DNA from: Catajapyx aquilonaris
Lineage: Eukaryota
DNA: 20,000 bases
Reading direction: 5' to 3'
NCBI GenBank assembly: GCA_000934665.2
Contig: JYFJ02001991.1
Location: 44,965 to 64,964, forward strand
Position numbers and translations under genes: made by a program. The notes beneath the pieces were generated by a model. It made no database searches, was not told the origin of the DNA, and was given only the letters and a program-made list of their open reading frames with translations. This document shows positions 1 through 10,234 of this stretch, piece by piece (within the stretch, counting starts at the first letter, position 1; each line of letters opens with the position of its first letter).

Positions 1-197
1 TGACAAATATGGGTTAATCCCGCCCTGGGAAAGGTACCGGCTGGTGCTGCCATCCTAAAACCCCATGGCCCTCTCGTACCCTCGCCCAAGGGAAATATTG
101 AAGTTTTGCACTCGAAACAGTGGGTGGGGACAGAGGCTTGGAAAATCAAGCTTTGAACCAGAGCCAGAGGAAAATCTGGCCAGTGTCCGACCTGGAC

Positions 198-1290
198 ACT
201 TTAAAATGTGTTTTAGCTAAATTTAGGCTCAATAAGCAGGTTCAGAGCTGATAGCGCCATCTGGATATGTCTACAGGGTGTCACCAGAAAATGTGGTGGT
301 AGAGGGCGCAGGTGTGAGAATTTTTGCATAAGGAACTAGGGTTCGGAAACGCACCCTCACCGAGTTACGCCCCTTTCAAGTTTGCGGCAGGCAGTGTGCA
401 TGCGGCGGAGTGACTCTGTGAGGGTGCGTTTCCGACCCCTAGTTACTTATGCAAAAATGCTCACACCTGCGCCCTCTACCACAACGTTTTCTGGTGACAC
501 GCTTAGGATTAACACCCTGTATATTTGAAAACGGGCCCTAGAGGAGGCTAGCAAGTCGTGTGAGGGTCTAGGAGGAGGCTAGCCTGGCCTGGTAGAACCA
601 ACCACCAAGTTATTTCGTTTTAAAATGTGTTTTAACCTAATTTAGGCTCAAAAAGCAGGTTTAGGGCTGATAGCGCCATCTGGATGTGTCTATATTTGAA
701 AGCTGACCCTGGAGGAGACTAGCAAGTCGTGGGAGGGTCTAGGTGGAGGCAGTCTGACCGGGTAGCACCAACCCACAAGATACTTGTTTTAAAATGTTTT
801 AAGCCACATTTCGGTACCATTTGACCGCCAGATGGCTCCTAACGGCTCATTTTGGGGCAGATGTGTCTACATTTTGGAGTCGAACCCTGGATGAGGCTAG
901 GAAGTCGTGTGAGGGCCTAATCTGAGGCTAGTCTGGCAATGTCGCACCAATTCCCAAGTTACTAATGTTTTTAGCTAAATTTCGGCTAAATCTGACCGTC
1001 AGATGGCACTTATCAGGTTATCCGCATCATTTCGGAACATATCATTGCTTTAAAATGTTTTAAGCCAATTGCTGTAGGCGAAATGATACGGATAACCCAA
1101 TAAGATCCATCTGACGGCCAGGATAAATTTGGCTTAAAACATTTTAAAGCAGAATTTGGCCGTTAGAGGGTTCCTAACGGTTAATTTCGGAACACTTGGA
1201 GGCTGGGCCTAGAGGAGGCCAGCTAGTCGTGTTGCAGCCTAGGACGAGGCTCGGAATAAACCGGCCTAGCAGCTATGTCGCAAGTTTAGT
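198..1290 (+). repeat. Diverged tandem ~170-180 bp units of an unclassified dispersed repeat, with a local inverted segment
   Basis: Recurrent blocks ttaaaatgt(g)tttta (~200, 620, 789, 1050) and ggaggaggctagcaagtcgtgtgagggtcta (~540, 710, 890, 1210). Segment ~992-1045 is inverted at ~1079-1122. Confidence 0.7.
274..519. mobile_element. Tc1/mariner-type MITE (246 bp, long terminal inverted repeats, TA TSD)
   Basis: TA(272-273)|CAGGGTGT...ACACCCTG|TA(520-521). About 90 bp of inverted arms: caccagaaaatgtggtggtagagggcgcaggtgtgag...gcaccctcac versus gtgagggtgc...ctcacacctgcgccctctaccacaacgttttctggtg. The next host repeat copy shows the empty site ctggatgtgtcTAtatttgaaa (TA at 691-692). Confidence 0.9.
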
Positions 1291-2029
1291 CATCCAGAAT
1301 TAGTTATCTGAAGCCATAGTAGCACAAACTAACACCGTATGATAATTTCGTCTTTGCCATGGGTTTTCCAGCAACCCCTATATACACTTCTGGGTTTTCG
1401 CCGGAAATCAAATAATTCCGGGGGACGAAAACGACACATCCAAAATGGGTCGCCCAAAACCCCATGTCTTTGCAGCCTCCTTATTTGCATAATGTGGTCT
1501 CCATATTCGGACCACAATTAACCCTCATCGGCTTTTGGCGCAAGTTGTCAAGTCGAGTAAAACCTGCGGGCTGGGGAAACGTGGTAAAGGCGGGGGCCAG
1601 CATATGTTCTGGGGAATTAAACATGAGGAAACGCCGAGGGAACCAAGGGGAGGGAAAACCAGGTCTTATCCGTGTTCGCAAATGTAATGACGTCGACAAT
1701 TGTGGCGATTTCGCGTGTCCGGGACATGAGTCTCAGCACTGGGATTGTACGGGCTGGAGTGTGCTAGTGACATAGTCATCAAGTCCTAATGAAATGGTTA
1801 TACACATGAATGGTAGTTACTCATACTTATAGGTCTACATCTCACATGTGACATTGCGCGAGTGCACGTTAAAGATCCCCAAATTGGCCAAATTTCCAGG
1901 AGGAGGAGGAGGAGGACCACCCCCTGGCGTCGCGTCGGTGTTGAGCCTAGTGGCAGAAATAGGCCGACGTTAAGCCCCACTGATCAGTCTACATCTCACA
2001 AAAACCGTAAATAAGATATCCCTAATAGC

Positions 2030-2960
2030 CTCTTCGATACCCATTAAGGTCACTCAGATTGTCCTAAAGTCCGTTCGATCATCAGGAAGGTCATCCCGAC
2101 TGTCCTAATGACCATCTGATCATCCGTAATGTCGCCCTAATCGTCCGAAAGTCTCTGGATCACCCTTAGGGTCTCCCAGATTGCCCTAGAGTCTCTCGAT
2201 CATTCTTAGGGCCACCCATATCGCCGTACAGTTTGTTTCGACCATCCCTAAGGCCATACCGATTGTCCTAATGCCATGCGATCATCCGTAAGGTTGCCCT
2301 AATCGTCCTAACGTCTCTAGATCACTCCTAGGGTCACGCTAGAGTTTCTCGATCATTCTTAGCACCTTCCTAATTGTCCTAAAGTCTCTAAATTATTATT
2401 AGGGTCTGCCAGATTTCCATAAAATTTCTCGATCATAGTTAGAGTCTGCCTGATTGCCCTAATATTTGTCCTATCATCCTTAATGTCACCCTAATCGTCC
2501 TAAAGTCTCTAGATCATTCCTTGGGTCACCCTAATCGTCCAAAAGTCTCTAGATTATTCCTTGGGTCACCCTAATCGTCCTAAAGTCTCTAGATCATTCC
2601 TTGGGTCACCCTAATCGTCCTAAAGTCTCTAGAGTCTAGATCATTCCTAGGGTCACCCAGATTGGCCTAAAATTTCTTGCTCATTATTAGGGCTTCCCTG
2701 ATTATCCTAATCACCACCCGATCATCCCCCGAGTGCCATAAAGTCCATTGATCATTCTTAGGGTCACCCCCATCGCCATTTAGTCTGTTAGACCAACATC
2801 AAAATCACCCCGATTGTCCTCAAATTTCTGGATCATTCTTAGGGTCACCCTGATAGCCCTAATATCTGCTCGATCATCCTTAGGGCCATACCGATTGTCC
2901 TAATGGCAATTCGATCGTTCGTAAGGTCACTCCTATCATCTGAATGTCTCTAGATTACAC
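2030..2960. repeat. 40-bp minisatellite, roughly 20+ diverged copies
   Basis: Unit caccctaatcgtcctaaagtctctagatcattccttgggt is near-perfect with period 40 at 2487-2632 and degenerate on both sides. Confidence 0.9.
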
Positions 2961-3024
2961 AAGATACAGTCTTTAAGGATTTATCCTCAAGATCGATTCG
3001 ATCTCTCACATACAATCATGTCCA

Positions 3025-3086
3025 ATGGTGGTAGTCCACCCCCCTAAAAGGGCTTCGTTCCTTTCAATGTGGTAAAAACAAAACTA
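3025..3086 (+). mobile_element. Extremely 5'-truncated retroposon insertion (3' end only) with 13-bp TSD
   Basis: Perfect direct repeat ACAATCATGTCCA at 3012-3024 and 3087-3099. The insert atggtggtagtccacccccctaaaagggcttcgttcctttcaatgtggtaaaaacaaaacta matches the 3' ends of the SINEs at 7856-8117 and 14489-14755 and ends A-rich. Confidence 0.8.
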
Positions 3087-4179
3087 ACAATCATGTCCAT
3101 TGTCTCACAGTCGTTAAGGTCGTTTCGATCACCCCATGATCACTAAGTGTCTTCAAATTTATCACATCCTGATCATCTAATCAGGCTTAAAATTCTTAAA
3201 GGAAGATCCTAGCGGATCGATCACTTCGATCAATTTCATCAGCCATTAAGGTTTCCTCAAAATGTCCTGGATCGGTCAAAAGGCCCTAAATACCGGTCCC
3301 AAGATCGGTCTCCATCTGGACATGAAAAGGGTGGAAAGAAAACGGCTGACATAAATTGAGTGTCAACTGCCAAACCATCTGAGGGCCTCCCCCCAAAGAT
3401 GGCCGAAGTACCAAAGTGGCTTGAAAATGGCTGTCAACTTCCTGTCCGGATGTATGTACAGTGTCGCTCCAAGTGGAACGATTCATAATCAAAGAGGAGG
3501 AACTATTTTCTAAGAGAAAAAAAGAATAAAAAAAAGGGAGGCGACTTTGGAGTGTGCAAACACCTCCCGTGTTTCAATTTTCGCTTCCGTGGACGCCATT
3601 TTGGGGCGAATCAAAAGCCAGTGCAGTGGACGGAAAGTCATGCATATGAATGGAGGAAGGAAACAGTCCAGAGTGTATAATGTGAGATGGTAGAAAGTGC
3701 GGTGGTGTTTGGTGGATCTTCACGTGCCGATGCACTCTTGCTAACACCGCGATTCCGGTCTATGGAGGATTGCAAAGGAAACTTTAGACTCATTTGCATT
3801 CAGGGTGACATAAACTGATGCTGAATTATGGACTGTATGGGGTTTGTTCAGAGAGCAAGAATGTGCAGCAAGTGAATGTAGAATGCAGTCAGGTGCAGTT
3901 CTCTTGAGATATGAATTAACAGTGCCTCATAAGTGGTAATGAAATGTACAAAAGCTGCGTACTGGAAATTATTCAATTTTGTCAGATTCATGCATGGTAT
4001 AGGTGTTGATAGTTTTTCTTTTGCTAGTTCAGATTGGAATAAACTTTTTCTAACTAGAGAATGAATTATCATTAATCATTGAATAAAATCTATGTAATAA
4101 TTAAATTAAATATCCTTAATAACAGAATTAATATTCTGTACAAATTGCACACTCTGTAAGAATCGAAGGAACTATCTGT

Positions 4180-4550
4180 AAAATTGAATGAATGATTCCA
4201 AACAATTGAATGATATTTTCTGTTCAAATTGAATGAATATTTTCTGTTCAAATTGAGTGAATATTTTCTGGTCAAATTGAGTGAATATTTTCTGGTCAAA
4301 TTGAGTGAATATTTTCTGGTCAAATTGAGTGAATAATAATCTTCTTCTAATAATAATAATTTTCTGTTCAAATTGAATGAATATTTTCTGTTCAAATTGA
4401 ATGAATATTTTCTGTTCAAATTGAGTGAATATTTTCTGTTCAAATTTAGTGAATATTTTCTGTTCAAATTTAGTGAATATTTTCTGTTCAAATTTAGTGA
4501 ATATTTTCTGGTTAAATTGAATGAATATTTTCTGTTCAAATTGAATGAAT
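4180..4550. repeat. 24-bp AT-rich minisatellite
   Basis: Unit aaattgagtgaatattttctgttc, about 14 copies, interrupted at ~4335-4360 by a taa/ctt-rich tract. It explains the NRKYSLNL and EYFLFKLN repeat ORFs. Confidence 0.95.
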
Positions 4551-4633
4551 TCCTAACAATATATTGAATGTATTATTATGTTCAAATTAAATTATTTCAT
4601 CTGAAACATTTCTGTACATTTTAAAAATTACAT

Positions 4634-4910
4634 CTACAATTACAGTAAATCTGTGAAATAAAACTAATTTTAAGAGATGAATATAATTATTTTATAAATT
4701 AAGTTATAAAGATTTTCTATGAAATTTAAATGAATTTTAGGTCAAATTAAATTACTGTATCTAAAATTTTACTGCAAATCTTTGAAAATTTCATTTATAA
4801 TTGTAGTAAATATGTGAAATAAATCGAATTTTTAGTTGAATATGTTTATTTCATTCCTTAAGTAGAAAGAAGTTTCTATGAAATTTAAATGACTTTTTGG
4901 TAAAGTTGAA
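4634..4910. repeat. Diverged direct duplication with ~160 bp period
   Basis: agtaaatctgtgaaataaa...tttctatgaaatttaaatga (~4644-4733) recurs as agtaaatatgtgaaataaa...tttctatgaaatttaaatga (~4805-4892). Confidence 0.7.
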
Positions 4911-5837
4911 CACATGATGTATAAATAAATTTATTGAAATAGAATGAGTTTTTTCTTCTTCTAAATATTGCAAAAATTAACTTTCGAGATATTTTCTACA
5001 ACTTAATTTCCACATAATATTTTACTACACCTATTGCCATCAGATGTATGCACAAGTAGTTCTAACTTCAAGCATATCCACCTTACAAATCCTACCTCAA
5101 ATAGTCAGACATTTTGGCCCACATTTCAATTCCACCCCACAAAATTTTAGACATTCCAAGAAACGCGAACAATAGTCTCACCAAAATCACAAAAAAAACC
5201 ACAGGGTGTGCCAAAATTTCCTTCCAGGTTAATTCATGCCCTTCGTTTTTCAAACTTTTTTTTTTTGACCAAAAAAAAAATCTTTCTCTCCAGCAACTTT
5301 GTCGATGTGTTCTCTCCAAGTTCTAATGCAAAACTGGGATTGTCATGCAAATCTGTGCTCATCGAATGGGTGGGGGAAAGCGGGGGATGGGATGTTCCTC
5401 CCCACATTTTTTTCCCTTCAAAAAAATTCTGCAAAGCTGTTCCTCTACATCTCCACCTTTTGCTTATGCATGCTCCAGTTCTCCTTGCCAGTTCCAGCCT
5501 CTCCGATCCACTTTCAACATTTTTTTTCTGTCTTCTACGCCACTCCCCACTTTTTTGTGGAGGGAAGAAGCGGGGAGATGGAGAAGATCCCGCCGCGTGA
5601 GATTTGCAGCTAATAAACAGAGTGCCGGAGGGGGCAAGTCGTCTCACCGCCCTGGAATCATATTTTGGAAAGCCTTTGCCATGTGGACAAAATTTCGTTT
5701 TTTTTCCAAGATGGAGACAGGCAGGATATTCCAGGATGTCTGAAGAGGATGGTCTAGAGAGGTCTAGAGTCTATACCTAGCAACGAGTGACCTTCAGTTG
5801 GGTCTGGATATCCAGGAAAGTTTCAGGCCAAGAGACC

Positions 5838-6560
5838 AAATTGAATAAATTTTAGTGAAAATTGAATGAATTTTAAGTGAAAATTGAATGAATTTTAAGT
5901 GAAAATTGAATGAATTTTAAGTGAAAATTGAATGAATTTTAAGTGAAAATTGAATGAATTTTAAGTGAAAATTGAATGAATTTTAAGTGAAAATTGAATG
6001 AATTTTAAGTGAAAATTGAATGAATTTTAAGTGAAAATTAAATGAATTTTAAGTGAAAATTAAATGAATTTTAAGTGAAAATTGAATGAATTTTAAGTGA
6101 AAATTAAAGGAATTTTAAGTGAAAATTAAAGGAATTTTTAGTGAAACTTAACTAAATTTTGAGTGAAAATTAACTAAATTTTGAGTGAAAATTAACTACA
6201 ATTTTAGTGAAAATTAACTACAATTTTAGTGAAAATTACATAAATTTTTAGTGAAAATTACATAAATTTTTAGTGAAAATTACATAAATATTTAGTGAAA
6301 ATTAAATAACTCTTTAGTGAAAATTAAATACATTTTAGTGAAAATTGAATAGATTTGTAGTGAAAATGGAATAAATCTGTAGTGAAAATTAAATACATTT
6401 TAAGTGAAAATTGAATAGATTTTTAGTAAAAATTGAATAGATTTTTAGTAAAAATTGAACAATTTTAAGTAAATATGTAATTACTTTTTGGTAAAATTGA
6501 ATTAATTTTTAGTGGGAATGAATTAATTTTAGTAAAAATTCAGTTAAATCTGAGTAAAAA
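5838..6560. repeat. 21-22 bp AT-rich minisatellite
   Basis: Unit gtgaaaattgaatgaattttaa is perfect at ~5855-6030, followed by successive variant blocks and decay toward 6560. Confidence 0.95.
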
Positions 6561-6629
6561 TGTAGTAATATTATTTCGTAAATATTTAGAACCATCCAGT
6601 AAGAATTTAGTTAATTTTTAGTAAAAATT

Positions 6630-6796
6630 GACCAGGGATAGGGAAGGAAGGAAGCGGCTGTGGCCTATTTTTACGGAAACGATCCCGGAATTATCCTGTA
6701 GGGGACTATGGAAAACCATGGTCAGGGTCGCAGGCCCCGAGATTCGAACCCAGGACATCCCGATTAGCAAGTGGGCTCTTTATCACCTACACCAAC
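6630..6796 (-). mobile_element. tRNA-derived SINE family A, 3'-truncated copy
   Basis: Aligns to 7932-8108. The minus strand has an A-box-like TTGGTGTAGGTG and a B-box GGTTCGAATC. The structured tail is missing. Confidence 0.85.
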
Positions 6797-7855
6797 ATAT
6801 AACGATATACTAGATATATTTTGGTTTTGTAGCTAAATATTTGTACTATTATATAGCTGCTATATTTAAAAAAAAGTTTGCCAAAAAAGTCAGGAAAATT
6901 CTCAAAAACACCTAATTCTGACTCACTTTCGACCAAAATCCTGACTCTGATCCTCTTCTAATCCGGATACAACCTCCAAGTCATCATACACCGGAACTAG
7001 AGGGCTCTGTCTTCCCACCAACAATTAGTATGAAACACCACCTAATAAACTTACTCCCTCCTTGACTGACGCAAATCCTAGCAAAGAAAAGCCAGGGGTA
7101 GGGCATAAATTTTGCTCCTACATCATCTGGAAGGGGGGGAGAGGCTTAGTAATGCAGTAATGAGCAAGGAGGGTTGGGGGAGAGGCGGGGTGAGTCATCG
7201 AGAAGGGAATTATGCATCTGTCACATCGGATTTGCTCTGGTGGCAAGTGTACGAAAACCATGAGGGGAAGAGGAAATGGAAGTGCGACAGACCGTGGAAG
7301 GACACTTTTTCTGTGTCCGAATGGACATTGACAATGTAACCCTAGGTGGACAGACTGGTAGTTCGGAAATTTCCGTTAAAAACGGTACAGGATGTACCAA
7401 AATGCGAAAAAAAATCATCATTCAGTATGTTTAAAGCAGACAGTTTGTATATTCGGGATATCTAACTCACTTTCAGATTACTGAGAGTGCTGAAACGTGG
7501 CATAGTGATAGCTAATAAGGCGATGTATGCTACCACAATCCGAAATTCCCAAGGTTTTGTCAATAGGACCAGTTATAGACCAATTTACGTCGTTTCGTGG
7601 CAGTACAGCAGTACTTGCCATTCCCAAATAATGTGTGGGTAATTTAACCCACTTCTGGAGTACTTATACACTGAAATTTGGCACAGTGATAGCTGATATG
7701 CTCCTCAGCTAGGAAAATGGTTTTTGGGAGAAAAAATGTCCAAAATTTGGCTCCTTTCCACTGATTGGCTCTGATGTTCCTAACATAGTTATTCTAGCGT
7801 TTAGCATCAACCATGTTCCAATGTGTGCTATAAAAGTATCATAAGACAAAATATA

Positions 7856-8117
7856 ATATAATATAATTTGTCATACCCCGTGCTAGAGCCATTGGTTCGC
7901 TTAGGGTGGTGGATTACCACCATTGGATGGGACCAGAGATAGGGAAGGAAGGAAGCGGCTGTGGCCTATTTTTTACGGAAACGACCTCGGAATTGTCCTG
8001 GAGGAGACCATGGAAAACCACAGAAAACCATGGTCAGGGTCGCTGGCCCCGGGATTCGAACCCAGGACCTCCCGATTAGCAGGCGGGCTTCTTATCCCCT
8101 ACACCAACCTGCTTTAG
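7856..8117 (-). mobile_element. tRNA-derived SINE family A, full-length copy
   Basis: Minus strand has A-box TTGGTGTAGGGG, anticodon-arm-like CCCGC-CTGCTAA-TCGGG and B-box GGTTCGAATCC (8052-8062). The body is GGTTTTC...CCAGG...TAGGCCACAGCCGCTTCCTTCC and the 3' end is CACGGGGTATGACAAAT + (TATAT)n. TSD is TAA[G/C]ACAAAATATA at 7842-7855 and 8118-8131. Confidence 0.9.
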
Positions 8118-8379
8118 TAACACAAAATATATGGTCACATGACAAGTTAATATGAATCTATTATCGCCTTCCGTGGCCATACAGCAGTGAGTCTACATGT
8201 AAATAAAGTTCGAATATTTTAACCCACTTCCAGACTACTGAGAGTGAGTAAACATGGCATACTGATAGCTAGTGTGCTACTTTATGCTATAAAAGTATAA
8301 AAACTGCACTTTTTAAAATCTAAATCCGCAAAATTTAAGATTCGTGGTAGCGGTGGCGCTGCTGTCGCCTTAGATGCAC

Positions 8380-8586
8380 TTAACTACCTCCCGGGGGACT
8401 GCACATGGCCCAAACTTGAGACATTGCACCTGCACCCGTGACCCCTCCCCGATAATCCCTATCCTTACCCCATCTCCTTGATTCCCTGCACAGGAGTGAA
8501 GTTAACTTAGAAAATTGAGGAAAAATGGTGGTGTACCACCCCCCTATATAACCCGTAAGGGTCATCACGGGGTACAATAAATAAAT
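8380..8586 (+). mobile_element. Probable 3' end of a LINE or third SINE family (5' boundary uncertain)
   Basis: Ends atggtggtgtaccacccccctatataacccgtaagggtcatcacggggta + caataaataaat, the same architecture as the SINE A and B tails. The upstream part is unrelated to either SINE. No TSD was identified. Confidence 0.55.
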
Positions 8587-9314
8587 TTAAAAAAACTACT
8601 GTGCAGCACGTAATTATATTGCTGTATATAAAAAGCGGAATATTTTGAAAGAAAAAGTCTACTCGAATCACGCTTGTTAATATTCTAACCCACTTCTAGA
8701 CTACTGATATCGCTGAAATTTGGCACAATGATAACTAGTGTGCTACTCTATGCTATAAAAATGTTAAAAACAAGAATTTGTGGCAGTAAGCATCTGTATG
8801 CTGTATATAATTTTTTAAAAAGCCGTAACTTTGGGCTTTTGTCCGATTTTAACCCACTTCCACACTACCTATAGGGCTATAAATTTGCATAGTGATTCTA
8901 TGAGAAAATTAGCACAATCTGACACTCCCGAAGTCTCGGTGTCTATGAATGCCTATTCCAATATTGAAGAAAAACACCTTCAGCTTAGACGGAAAAAAAT
9001 CCACTCGTATCATTGGTGCAATTCTGCGATTTACAAAAGAGTGGGGGAAGGCGGGGGGGGGGNCCTCTCGTCACTCTCGAGGGGAGCTTTACCTGGATCA
9101 TATTTTCAAAGACGTGGAACCTGAACCATTAGGTTAATTAAAAAGTACTGTCGCTGCTTCTGCCAGGCGGGAGATGGCGTGACGGACGAAAAGTATTTAT
9201 CTGAAGAGATTCATTAAACTAAGTTGTTATGCGCAATCAGTCCGAATAGAACTAAGAGTCTTGCCTTGAGTGATGGTTCGTATTACAGCCTGCTACTAAG
9301 GCGCTATATCAGGT

Positions 9315-9900
9315 TAAGAACGTATAAAACGTGAAGAAAGGAGTTAAAATGTGTACAAATGTGAAAGAAAACGGTTAAGACGTATGAAACCGTGTATGAA
9401 ACGTATAATAGGACATTTAAAACGTTTACTTATAATAATGAATTGTTTAAAGCATATTAAACATTTTTACTAGATTTTATAACGTTAAAACCGTTGCAAA
9501 TGTGAAAGAAGCCGTTAAACATCATAAATGTGAAAGAAACGGTTAAACATCAGAAATGTGAAAGAAACCGTTAAAAATCATAAATGTGAAAGAAACGGTT
9601 AAACATCAGAAATGTGAAAGAAATCGTTAAACCGTTACAATTGTGTGAAAAACCGTTAATCCTTTATAGCCTAAATGTGAAAAGACGCTAAAGCCGTTAC
9701 AAATATGAAAAAAAACCGTTAAACCGTTACAAATGTGGCAGCAACGTTTAAAATGTATAAAAACGTGACTAAAACGGTTTAAGACGTATCATACGTAACC
9801 TAATGCGTTAAAACCATTAAAATGTGAGGATAATATTTAAATGTGTATTTAAATAACTATGGAAAAGGTTATAAATGTTGAATAGTTTAACAGTACAAAA
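9315..9900. repeat. Degenerate ~28-bp AT-rich minisatellite
   Basis: aaatgtgaaagaaacggttaaacatcat with period 28 at 9498, 9526, 9554, 9582 and 9610; degenerate flanks. Confidence 0.85.
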
Positions 9901-9982
9901 TGTTGACGCATTGAAAAGGGAACAAACGCAACGTTAATGTTACAATCGTTCTTATAAACACCCAAAGGGAGGCATTGTTGTT

Positions 9983-10052
9983 TGGTGGTTGCGCCACTGG
10001 CCAGCCCCCGTCCGTGTCACCTCTGATTGGCCGGGTCTTTTTCCGCTTTTCA
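9983..10052 (+). mobile_element. SINE family B 5' fragment with the B-box deleted
   Basis: tggtgg..gccactggccagcc|cccgtc..gtcacc.ctg.ttggccgggtcttttccgcttttca matches the minus strand of 14652-14746 apart from a ~24-nt gap spanning GGTTCAAAT. Confidence 0.75.
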
Positions 10053-10055
10053 CAG

Positions 10056-10234
10056 AAGCAGTTTGGAGTAGGGGATATGGTGTCTGACTGCTAATCGGGA
10101 GGTCCTGGGATCAAATCCCGGGGCCGGCAACTCTGACCGGGGTTTTCTGTGGTTTCCCACGGTCCTTCCAGGAAAATTCCGGAGTTGCTTCTGTAATTAA
10201 TAGGCCACAGCCGCTTCCGTCCCTATCCTATCCC
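10056..10234 (+). mobile_element. tRNA-derived SINE family A, diverged 3'-truncated copy
   Basis: aagcagtttggagtagggga...gactgctaatcgggaggtcctgggatcaaatcccggggccggcaac...taggccacagccgcttccgtccctatcc is the reverse-complement homolog of 7935-8114. Confidence 0.85.

Larger units (their letters stand above)
7420..8905 (+). mobile_element. Non-autonomous Helitron-like repeat with internal tandem subunits, interrupted by retroposon inserts
   Basis: Motif aacccacttc...actga...gctgaaatttggca.agtgatagcta recurs at ~7465, 7645, 8220, 8687 and 8851. Segment 7440-7820 is homologous to the reverse complement of 11110-11700. The Helitron class is inferred from the 5' end style of the second copy. Confidence 0.55.

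Noticed and set aside
3222..3245. Hammerhead ribozyme core (CTGATGA on the minus strand; also ~2079-2086)
   Set aside because: The required downstream GAAA and stems are absent (GAAG or GAAC follows).
4090..4567. 149-aa and 64-aa repetitive ORFs
   Set aside because: They are translations of the 24-bp minisatellite (unit divisible by 3), with no domain or splice support.
5201..5220. Additional Tc1-like ends (acagggtgtgccaaaat here; tacaggatgtaccaaaat at ~7386)
   Set aside because: No matching opposite TIR was found, so they cannot be supported as elements.
5092..5743. Stack of overlapping 70-137 aa ORFs on both strands
   Set aside because: Homopolymer-driven composition (F/K/G/P runs) and no recognisable protein motif; consistent with non-coding sequence.
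8040..8115. Functional tRNA-Ser gene
   Set aside because: No proper acceptor stem or long variable arm. It continues into a SINE body and tail with a TSD and exists as diverged dispersed copies.
9045..9065. G-run containing an N
   Set aside because: An assembly or base-calling ambiguity in a homopolymer, not a biological feature.
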